Of a stretch of 64,000 bases of DNA, positions 1 through 11,085 are shown in pieces. Location of the stretch: contig NC_068993.1 of the NCBI RefSeq assembly GCF_001194135.2, positions 63,031,992-63,095,991 of the forward strand, given 5' to 3'. The position numbers and the translations under genes were made by a program. The notes under the pieces are model-generated. The model saw only the letters and a list, made by a program, of their open reading frames with translations. It did no database searches and had not been told where the DNA came from. Each line of letters begins with the position of its first letter. Positions within the stretch are counted from its first letter, which is position 1. Source of the stretch: Octopus bimaculoides (taxonomy: Eukaryota).

Positions 1-1961
1 TATATATATATATATATATACACATGCATACATACATACATACATACATACATACATACATACATACATACATACATACATACACGCATACATGCATGCA
101 TGCATGCATACATACATTTGTATATTTCTAACGAACAAGATATAAATGAATGTGTTTATGGGGTAACGTGAGGTATTGTTTATGAACACATCAGCTATTT
201 GTCTGCTCTAGAATATATAACGTAATTGTATCTACTCCAACGTTTATTTAACAAACCATCAAGATAACATGTTGCAGACTAAATTATTTGAGAGGTCTTA
301 GTGAATAAAAAAGCCAATGTTTACAACTTTGTGAAAACCGAGAGGTCCTTTATTCGATCTAACGTATTATCCCTACTTTTCATATTCTGCAAGCAACACA
401 TTCTTTCTTTCTGAATATCGTAAAGCAAGATGTAAACAGGAGTAGAAAAAATTTTTTGGTAAGTTTAATTGATAGCGACAGAAGCGGTATTAATGCCAAA
501 AGGTAATCTTGATCTCGTGGGGGTTGTGTTAGAACAAAGAATACTACGTTCTCTCATAAGGACTAGTGGTGTGTAAAAGCACACGTATCGTCTGCTACGG
601 CCGCCGCCGCCGGTGGTAGTGGTGGTGGTGGTGGNNNNNNNNNNNNNNNNNNNNNNNNNNNNNNNNNNNNNNNNNNNNNNNNNNNNNNNNNNNNNNNNNN
701 NNNNNNNNNNNNNNNNNNNNNNNNNNNNNNNNNNNNNNNNNNNNNNNNNNNNNNNNNNNNNNNNNNNNNNNNNNNNNNNNNNNNNNNNNNNNNNNNNNNN
801 NNNNNNNGTTGAGATCTCGGTCACTAAATTGCCATGGAAACCGAGTAACTGGCCCTACGAATCCTTGGACTCGAGACTATGCTTATGTTTTTTTTGTTTT
901 TTTTTTTCTTGGGGGAATCATTATTTCTTTATATTTAATAGTTTATCCCTGACAGAAAGTCATTTGTTGTTTTACTTGAGCATCTCAGCGTCTACTCCAT
1001 TATGTTTTTATCTCTCTCTCTTCACAAATTGTCTTCACGTCCCAATTGCATTCGGCAAACTAGTCTGTTGTGACACGCAGTGTCTAGTAGGGTGTGTCGA
1101 AAGTGTTGTTGCAGCTGTCTCCTTCAGCCTGGAATAACGACAGTTGACAGGTCAGCTTATTAGATACGTAGTAATGATATACTAAAATTACAATAACCGA
1201 GGACAGTTATAGCTGCCTCTCCAAAGAAAAAGAAAATGGGAAACTTCTGGAACGCACCTCGGACACGATCACTGCCTTCCATAGTTTCGTGGTTGGGTTA
1301 TCCAAAGTCAGAATACTCGATAGGTTTGCAAATAGATTTCGAGACATTGAACCAATAAATGAAAATATTCAGTTCTTTATTTAGAACTAACCAAGACAAA
1401 AGAGAGAAAAACTCGCAGGAAAAGCTAACAATACAAATCGCTTCGTGTCAGAGTTTATTAGGATATTGTCAGTGTTTATTACGAGAGAGCAAGAGTTGAA
1501 ACGTTGAGGACTTTTTCATAATTACATAAGACCACTGTCTATTCAGAAGAAATTGCAGAAGTTAATATGATGGTACAGAATAGCAGGATTACTTCCCCTA
1601 CTTGATTGATTTCTATTTTCTTGCTAAGAAGGAAGGTATCAATAGAATATTTTGCTCACGAACTCGAGTAATGTCTGAACTGATTTAATGACGCTATAGC
1701 AAGAAGACCATGGTACTTCGTTATTTTGTATCCGATACAACGCAAATATCTTAATTACATTATTTATTTATTCTAAATTTCTCAGTTATCAACTCATCTA
1801 TGTTTGGGATAAAAAGATGAAAGAAAACGGTTTGTAATGTAATTACATCTTCATTTGCGCATCCTCACATGTTCCCGTCATTCCTTGCGAAATGGCGTCA
1901 CTGTACGCATAAAAGGAAAACAGATCTTCAAACGCCATTTTTAACAAAACAAAATTCTGTT

Positions 1962-2022
<61 letters not shown>

Positions 2023-2181
2023 GGATGAATGGATGGGAACAAAATGAAGTAGATTGACAAATTTATTTTTCGAACCAGTGGAAGACACGCGAGATGTCGA
2101 AATATTGTTCCCAAGATAACAAATGGCACTCTTCTTTTAATTTTGACTCTATATCGGAGGAGTTACCTCAATCCTTTCTAT

Positions 2182-2235
<54 letters not shown>

Positions 2236-2663
2236 TCTTTTCTTTTCCCCCCTTTATTTTATTTGTTTACTTTTCTATTTTTTATTTTTTCCTTTTTCTC
2301 CCTGTCTTCCCCTTTTTTTCTCTCTCACATGACTCTATAAATGAACAATCTGGTGTGCTGCTTGTTTTAATGGCCTACCAATACATATAGTACGTTTCTC
2401 TGCCCTAGGTGTCAAGAAGACACTCGGCAGGAAATGGAAACAGAATTGAAAGATGCTAATGAAAATGATAGTAGTAGTGATGGTGGTGGTGGTGGTGGTG
2501 GTGCTGGTCGTCGTCGTCGTCGTCGTCTATGGTTTATTTTCTTTATATGTACGTATAGATTGTTGGGTTTCGACAAGTGGAAATGTGTTTGTACTTTTGT
2601 TTTCTTCCAAGTTGATTTTGTTTTACGCATTGTTTAAAAGTCACGTGAAAATCTCGCCAAAAT

Positions 2664-2746
<83 letters not shown>
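2664..2746. repeat. (TAG)n microsatellite
   Basis: Perfect run. Confidence 0.95.
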
Positions 2747-3108
2747 TTCCTTGATAATTATGTACTAAGCTATGTAAAATATATTTTCTGAAAGTCGAAA
2801 GCCTCCCTGAGAAATTCACAAACATCACATCTTTCCATATTTCTCTTTAAAATTACATTAAAAAATCTATATAACAAATCGTGGCATTTATCATTATTTT
2901 TATTTTCTATTTTCAAAACTAGTATTTAAAAAATATTCTTGGATTTTCTCTGAACATTCTTAGTCATTTATTCAAATTTTTTTTTTATTCTATTATATTT
3001 TTCCTTTAAAAACTTTTAGTTATTTTCATCTACTTTAGTTGTACCTTGAGGGCGGGAGTATTTGGGAATAAAATTACAAGGTTCTGGACTTCAGGCTGAT
3101 GTGGATTT

Positions 3109-3232
3109 TCAGCTGTTGATTGGACAACCTGCAAGTCTCATGGATCGAATAGTTTTAACAAACAATTTCTGGATGGTGCTGCCACATCCAGCTGTCAGAG
3201 GTCTGGCGCAGTTTACGAATTTCTGACTATTC
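3109..3232 (-). CDS. Candidate terminal coding exon (NSQKFVNCARPLTAGCGSTIQKLFVKTIRSMRLAGCPINS*)
   Basis: Strong acceptor tttcttttcttttgtttcttcgacag|, one open frame with 3 Cys, AATAAA at 2989-2984 and 2972-2967 downstream. Confidence 0.35.
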
Positions 3233-4263
3233 CTGTCGAAGAAACAAAAGAAAAGAAATTAAATGTTATGTAATTTCAGTTTTACAAGGTTTTCGTCTCC
3301 ATCCTCTTTCTCTCTCTCTCTCTCTCTGCACATATTAGTATTATATGTATACCGGGAGTTTGGGTTAAATTTGATGCTTTTTATGCCTCCTTTCTTCTTT
3401 CTTCTTCAGTAACAGCTTGCTGTATTGAATATTCAATGGTATTGGAGAGCATAAGGATTAACGTTGTAGTTGAGAAAAAAAGCTGACATGGAAAACTAGA
3501 AGCCATCTGAATATTGCAGAAAAAGAGTTACCTGTATCATGATGATTCGAACTGGGTATCAAAATACCTCTTGAACCCTTACTTGTTCCATATATATATA
3601 TATATATACGACGGGCTTCTTTCAGTTTCCGTCTACCAAATCCACTCACAAGGCTTTGGTCGGCCCGAGGCTATAGTAGAAGACATGTATGTATGTGCGT
3701 GTGTGAAAGTAAAGTTGTAAATCAATTTACCTGCAAATCTTGTCAAAGGTTTCTGAAGACTTGTAGTTAAAAATCAACATTTTCACACAGTCCATAGCCC
3801 GGTACATGTTACAAAGACCAGCACCTTCCAGACCACCAACAAATACTGGGGGAGCAAAACAGAAATTAACGTAAAATTATTATTTCATGCAGACATTTAA
3901 AAAAAAAATTCATTTACTTAACANNNNNNNNNNNNNNNNNNNNNNNNNNNNNNNNNNNNNNNNNNNNNNNNNNNNNNNNNNNNNNNNNNNNNNNNNNNNN
4001 NNNNNNNNNNNNNNNNNNNNNNNNNNNNNNNNNNNNNNNNNNNNNNNNNNNNNNNNNNNNNNNNNNNNNNNNNNNNNNNNNNNNNNNNNNNNNNNNNNNN
4101 NNNNNNNNNNNNNNNNNNNNNNNNNNNNNNNNNNNNNNNNNNNNNNNNNNNNNNNNNNNNNNNNNNNNNNNNNNNNNNNNNNNNNNNNNNNNNNNNNNNN
4201 NNNNNNNNNNNNNNNNNNNNNNNNNNNNNNNNNNNNNNNNNNNNNNNNNNNNNNNNNNNNNNN

Positions 4264-4326
<63 letters not shown>

Positions 4327-4707
4327 AGCGAAGCTATCAAAAGTGATAGTATTAAAAGTGAAACAATATAAAAGTGAAACTACTATATCGCATTACAATA
4401 GAGATTTTATTGTTGAACTTTTGACACGTAACATCGAAACAGTCTAAGAGATTGCTCCGGGCTCGTATTAGGCAAGAAGCTGGAATGTGTAAAATTTGAA
4501 TGAAATCGCTTGAATGAAATCGCTTTGAATGAAATCGCTTACATCCAAGGAAATATTGGTTCAATACCTAGTATTGTGAGGGAATGAAATTCCCTTCAAA
4601 CAATATGTATATATTAAGCATATAGTTTATATCCAGTTAAAAAAGGAAAAGAAAATGGAGATAAGGAAGTTAACAATTATATATTATTAACAAATTGGTC
4701 ATTTTCG

Positions 4708-4805
4708 CTTCTTACAGCCCTTTCAATTAATACTCAGTAATTCAATTACAAATTTGTACATTAAATTTGCATTTATTTGATATGAGCATAATTTCATCAG
4801 AGAAG
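4708..4805 (-). ncRNA. Type I hammerhead ribozyme motif (Penelope-like), long helix II insert
   Basis: Minus strand: CUUCU-CUGAUGA-AAUUA-(59 nt)-UAAUU-GAAA-GGGCUG-UA-AGAAG. Core intact, 5-bp helix I, 5-bp helix II base, degenerate helix III. Confidence 0.65.
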
Positions 4806-4922
4806 AGGATGTACCTTGGGATGTTATGTGCAGACCTTTTAGTTCCTTTTAGCTAAAATGAACTGATAGTTCCGCACATAATGAACTGATAGGCCCGCTT
4901 ATAACATCTCAAAGTACATCTT

Positions 4923-5020
4923 TTTCTCTGATGAAATTATGCTCATGTCACATAAATGCAAATTTAATGTACAAGTTTGTAATCAAATTATTGATTATTA
5001 ATTGAAGCAGCTGCAAGAAG
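4923..5020 (+). ncRNA. Hammerhead motif, inverted sister copy with A15.1:U16.1 changed to G:C
   Basis: UUUCU-CUGAUGA-AAUUA-(59 nt)-UAAUU-GAAG-CAGCUG-CA-AGAAG. Confidence 0.55.
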
Positions 5021-5836
5021 TAAGGATTACCAATTTGTTAATAATAAATAATTGCTAACTTCCTANNNNNNNNNNNNNNNNNNNNNNNNNNNNNNNNNNN
5101 NNNNNNNNNNNNNNNNNNNNNNNNNNNNNNNNNNNNNNNNNNNNNNNNNNNNNNNNNNNNNNNNNNNNNNNNNNNNNNNNNNNNNNNNNNNNNNNNNNNN
5201 NNNNNNNNNNNNNNNNNNNNNNNNNNNNNNNNNNNNNNNNNNNNNNNNNNNNNNNNNNNNNNNNNNNNNNNNNNNNNNNNNNNNNNNNNNNNNNNNNNNN
5301 NNNNNNNNNNNNNNNNNNNNNNNNNNNNNNNNNNNNNNNNNNNNNNNNNNNNNNNNNNNNNNNNNNNNNNNNNNNNNNNNNNNNNNNNNNNNNNNNNNNN
5401 NNNNNNNNNNNNNNNNNNNNNNNNNNNNNNNNNNNNNNNNNNNNNNNNNNNNNNNNNNNNNNNNNNNNNNNNNNNNNNNNNNNNNNNNNNNNNNNNNNNN
5501 NNNNNNNCACACATACAAACATGCATACATATATATATATATACACATGTACATAAAACAAAACGGAAAAAACACTTCTTATTTTAACTTCCTCGTGAAA
5601 TAGTATTCAGTTTTGTTAAAGTTTATACTGAAGCTTATCCCACCCAATATATTTGTATTTTGTAGTTTTTGTTGTTGAATTTGTTTTTGTCGTTGTTGTT
5701 TTTGAATTCTATTTATAAATTATTCCTTTCTAACGTTGGTACCAAACTGAAAATTTTGAGTGTGAGCATAAAACTAGACTAAACCGACAATAGAACGTAA
5801 ATGTATATAAGCAACTATGCATACAGATGTATGCGT

Positions 5837-5885
<49 letters not shown>

Positions 5886-6339
5886 TGTCTTTGTATGTGC
5901 GTGTANNNNNNNNNNGAGAGAGTATTGTATGGTTATCTGTGTGTGTATGTGTGTGCTTGTCTTTGAGGAAAGTGTGATATTTAGTGAAATAGGCAGAGTA
6001 TAAATGCAGGTTTGTATTCAAGAAAGTTTATTGAGAGAAGCAGAAATAATATGGAAGAGGTTGTTGTGTGTCAAAGAACGAAAAAAAACGTGGACGTTTA
6101 AAAAGTAGGTATATATGATTGCCTATTATAATGCAATATCAGCGCAGAACATACCAATGTTTAAGGACGTTCTAACCGTGACCATCTCAATTTTTTAAGC
6201 ATAATGTACGTAGAATTGTATTATATTGTTATCTGGTGTATTCGTAAAAAAATGATAGGGCGATTTTAGAGTGATATAGCTGTTATTTCTAGCTGGTCAT
6301 GCGACAACATAGAGGTTCTCTCGTTGGTTTGAGAGAATC

Positions 6340-7150
6340 AAGGGGAAAGATATGGAGAGGAGGGGATATAGAAAGTGTTTGAAGAGCGGAAGTGGAAAGA
6401 GTGTTAAAACGCGAAGAAAGTAAGACATGGCGTGAAAGAGAAGGAAGTTAGACGCTGGAAGAATAGAGTGAGATTTTGGTTGCTATGGTAACGCAGATAA
6501 ACAGTAGAATAAGTTGAGATGTGTTGAAATAATGAGACAGACAGGCAGACTAAGAAAGAGAGAGAAGGGGAGAGGGAGAGGCGAAGGTAGAAGGAACAAG
6601 AATGAAGGGAGGGGTGAGAGTTAAGAATAGAGTGCAAAAGAATCGAACGCGGACAAACAGTGGTAGTCAGAGGAGAATGAGTGACAGAGAAAAGAGAGAG
6701 AGGAAGGAGAAGAGCGTGAGTTACAGGCAGAGAAGACGAGAGTGAGATAGAGAAAGTAGAGGGAGAAAGAGAGAAGGGAGAGGGATAGAAAAAAAAGGCA
6801 GGGACAGACAGAAAGAGAAACGAGGAGTTGAAAAGGGAGAATGTGATAAACAATGATGAGAAGAAAAGGTGGGAGTCAGAAAAGGAGTGGGGAGAGGGGA
6901 ACAGTGAAAAAGTATGTGAATTTTATACACACAAACATATACACACACATACACATACATACACAGTCATACACTCACACATACATATACAAAGAGAGAG
7001 GGGTAGGGTGAGAGAGAGGGGGTAGGGGTGAGAGAGAGTGTGATAGACAGAGAAACAATGGAGAAAAAGTGACACAACAGAGATAGAAGAAAGTTTCATT
7101 CGAAAGATGGAGAGATAGGAACAATGCATAGGAGGAGAAGTAAGAGCAAA
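6340..7150 (+). repeat. Purine-rich (GA) low-complexity tract
   Basis: Strongly A/G-biased for ~800 bp with (GA)n and G-run blocks and one (CA)-rich insert. Confidence 0.85.
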
Positions 7151-7426
7151 GCTACAAACACGTGCTTCCATTTATCAGTGCATCGTATCTACATTGACTA
7201 GAAAAAAATACAATAAAATAAAATAAATAAATGAACTAATCTAGTGTGTATTGCATAAACAAAATGTCTTGTATATTCTTGGCAACGATAAAATATTGGC
7301 AAATAGAAATTACGAGATATGTAAAGAATTAACAGACAGAAAATGGCGGGTAGAAATAGATCTGGATTGTAAATTGGTGAGCGGATTTTTGGGAAGTAAA
7401 TTAGCGAAAGCTTTCGAGTTATATGT

Positions 7427-7471
<45 letters not shown>

Positions 7472-8496
7472 AGTTTATCCAGTTTCAGTCACAGGACTGC
7501 GGTCATGTTGGAGTACTTCTCTGAAAACTGTTAACTGATCAAAATATTAATTGAACAAATCGACCCCGTAATTATAACAATTCAGTTACTTATTTTATAG
7601 ATCGATATTTGTNNNNNNNNNNNNNNNNNNNNNNNNNNNNNNNNNNNNNNNNNNNNNNNNNNNNNNNNNNNNNNNNNNNNNNNNNNNNNNNNNNNNNNNN
7701 NNNNNNNNNNNNNNNNNNNNNNNNNNNNNNNNNNNNNNNNNNNNNNNNNNNNNNNNNNNNNNNNNNNNNNNNNNNNNNNNNNNNNNNNNNNNNNNNNNNN
7801 NNNNNNNNNNNNNNNNNNNNNNNNNNNNNNNNNNNNNNNNNNNNNNNNTAAGGTTACCGATAAAGGTTATTTTAACATACCGAACTACTTGATAAAATAA
7901 ATCTGAATTGAACCCAAAACATAGAAAACAAAACTAAGCAAGCGAACATGAAACACTCGAAACAGCCGTTGGACCAATTAAAAGTAGCCAGCAACTTTCC
8001 CTGAAATCATCATTAAATAATGGTTTCAAATTTTAGCTCAAATTTTGTCTCAGAATCTTCGTAACGGATTATGGGCCCTGCCTCCCCCTTGACTAAAAGA
8101 GTTTTTGAAACTTGGCAGACTATTCGGCTTCAAGAGTATTTTGGAAATGAAACAAGTGGCATGATTGTGTTGGTGAGCATGCCAATAATCTATGATAATA
8201 AGGGTACCTAGCGAAGATTAAGGGAGATTTTACGACCATTCTTTTTCTTTCCTGCTTCCATTTTGTAATCATAAACAAATAGAGTGCTACAAATGCACGT
8301 GTATTAGAGAGTAGAGTGGTATGATTAAATGCTATTTTGGCTGCTGTTTCTAGAACTTCAAAGGATCGAAATCCAATGAATGTTTTAAAAGGCAGCCATA
8401 GGAGATAGCGATAAAAATGTAAACAAATCCACGCCATTACCCTCCTTCCATCTCTTCAGAATTTGTCTCTCTTTTGAAGCCTGTCTCTCAATTTCT

Positions 8497-8585
<89 letters not shown>

Positions 8586-8888
8586 GCAACTAGCCTGGAA
8601 GGAGGCAACGATAAAGCGAAAGAACCATTAAAGGGGGACTGAAGTGAAAAGAAGACCAGTTTGACGTCATACAAACGTATTTTGGAATCTTACAGTTACG
8701 ACTTCTCGTTTCCAATTTGATGAATATCTGCTTTTGATATCTGCTACTCTGATTCAATCTTCTCTTTCTTCTTTCTTGACAGATACTCGGGTGTGGTGGC
8801 AGGGAGAACTGACTCTCATTTCTCAAAATAAATGTTATACACCTCTTTCCAGAGAGACGAGGAGTAATGAGTATGTGTGTGTTTACGT

Positions 8889-9195
8889 AGCACCTTGGGC
8901 AAGTCTCTTCTACTATAGCCTCCGGCCAACCAAAGCCTTGTGGGTGGATTTGGTAGACGGAAACTGAAAGAATCCTTTCGTATATATGTGTGTGTGTGTT
9001 AGACCCCACACATCATTGCTTGACAACCAATGTTGGTGTGTTTGCGTCCCCGTAACCTATCAATTCTGCAAAAGAACACCGATAAAATAAGTACTAGGCT
9101 TACAAAGAATAAGTCCTGGGGTCGATATGTTCGACTAAAGAGGCAGTACTCCAGCATGGCCGCAATCAAATGACTGAAACAATAAAAGAATAAAA
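8889..9195 (+). mobile_element. SINE family A, 5'-truncated
   Basis: Homologous to 40281-40635. Confidence 0.8.
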
Positions 9196-9207
9196 TAATA
9201 TATATAT

Positions 9208-9371
9208 ACGACGGGCTTCTTTCAGTTTCCGTCTGCCAAATCCACTCACAAGGCTTTGGTTAGCCCGAGGCTATAGTAGAAGACACTTGCACAAGGTGCC
9301 ACACAGTGGGACTGAACCCGGAACCATGCGGTTGGTAAGCAAGCTACTTACCACACAGCCACGCCTGCGCC
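9208..9371 (-). mobile_element. SINE family A, head half
   Basis: Reverse complement of the family A head. Further copies at ~3608-3687(-), 9590-9950(+), 10190-10257(-), 15106-15496(-), 18010-18160(+), 23900-24060(+), 47290-47520(-), 50725-50890(+), 52630-52980(+), 62060-62200(-). Confidence 0.8.
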
Positions 9372-9725
9372 TATTATATACATTTTTTTTTTTTGTGTTT
9401 CCTGTATTTAACATACTTTATATATTTACCTGTCCAATTTACTTATCTTTACGTTTACTTTTATATAGAAATATATACACATACTCACGCATTGCTGATA
9501 AATTCAAAAAGAATGTTACTAGTTTAAAGGCGCAGATATGGCTGTATGATTCAAACGGTCGCTTTGTAACCACAGCAATACCACAGCACAAGTGATTGGC
9601 CAAGTGGCCAAGTGACTTCTACTGTAGCCTTGGGCCGACCGATGCCTTATAAGAGGTTTTTGGTAGATAGAAGCTATGTGGAAGCCCGTCGAATATATAT
9701 GCGTGTGCGTGCGTGAGAGAGCATG

Positions 9726-9767
<42 letters not shown>

Positions 9768-10564
9768 TGTTTGTGCTTGTCCGCCCCACTTAATATGACG
9801 ACCAGTGTTGATTTATGCCCGTAATTATCTTTTAAAAAAACTGATAAAATAAGTACCAGACTTTAAAAATGAGTGCCGGGATCAATTTGTCCAGCCACAC
9901 CCTTCCCGGTGGTGCTTCACTCTTGGCCTCAGTCCAAAAGACTAAAACATGTACATAAAATATCTTCTTAGCTCCATATCCTCTCCTTAAACTAAGAAAC
10001 ACGACTGTTATAATACATGGTTCAAACCTCCCTTTTCACTTAATGTTAGAACTAATATCGTACAAACTTCTCTAAACTTTCAACCATTTACCAATTAACC
10101 ATAAATTTATATTTTACTTGTTTCAGACATTAGACTGTCCAACCACACCCTTCCCAGTGGTGCCCCACTCTTGGCTACAGTAAAAGACCACGAAGCGGAA
10201 TTGAACCCATAACCATGTGGCTGGGAAGCAAACTTCTTACCATACAGCCACGCCTACTATTTAATAACTATAATCTTTAGCTAGACTACTGCTGTACAAC
10301 AACCTGAAGAACATACTAGTCTTATCCACTAGTGTAACTAGGGTGTTTGCTGCCCGGGTCAACCCTTGAATTTTTTCCGCTCCTTCTCGGGTCCCCCGGA
10401 GTGGGGTGGCTTATACTGGCTTATGCAGTTGATCTAAAAGTTCCTCCTCCGCTCCCACCCAGCAATTTCCCCAGCTATGCAATTACACCTGCTACTGTCA
10501 TGTGACCAGGAACTTGAAGGAAACAAAGAAAATCTCTAGTTTCTATTACTTTGTAGAAATATTT

Positions 10565-10994
10565 TGTATCTATGTATATGTGTTTATGTGTGTGAATGTT
10601 TGTACGTGTGTGTGCATGTGTGTATGTGGATATGTGTGTATGTGTGGTGTGTGTATGTGGGGGATATGTGTAGTATGTGTATGTGTGTATGTATTGTGTG
10701 TGTATGTGCGTGTGTACGTATGTGTACATGTATGTGCATATGGTGTGTGTGTATATGTGTGTGTATGTGCGTGTGTACATGTATGTCCATATGGTGTGTG
10801 TGTGTATATGTGTGTGTATGTGCGATGTGCGTGTGCATGTGTGTACGTGTGCGTGAGTGTGCGGTGTGTGAATTGTGTGTGTGTGTGTGTGTGAGTGTGA
10901 TATGACTGCAGTGTATGTGTATATGTATGGGTATGTGTGGTGTGTACGCGTGTGTTTGCGTGTGCGTGATGTGTGTGTGTGAGTGTGTGGTGTA

Positions 10995-11028
<34 letters not shown>

Positions 11029-11085
11029 GTGTATGTGTATATGTGTGCGTGTGTACGTGTGTGTGGTGTGTAAACGGGTATTAAA
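10565..11085. repeat. Degenerate (TG)-rich microsatellite field with internal ~50-60-bp duplications
   Basis: Direct reading. Confidence 0.9.

Larger units (their letters stand above)
4664..5064. repeat. Fold-back inverted repeat, ~165-bp arms (4664-4827 / 4901-5064), probable inverted Penelope-like termini
   Basis: The arms are reverse complements at roughly 80-85% identity by eye. The spacer holds a tandem AATGAACTGATAG duplication. The right arm runs into an N gap. Confidence 0.85.

Noticed and set aside
1888-1942. Two inverted YY1-like AAATGGCG motifs and a possible minus-strand acceptor near 1900
   Set aside because: Short motifs only, with no supporting promoter or exon context
8782-8869. 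Plus-strand exon-like segment (ttgacag|...GA|gtatgt)
   Set aside because: Isolated, no recognisable product, no partner exons
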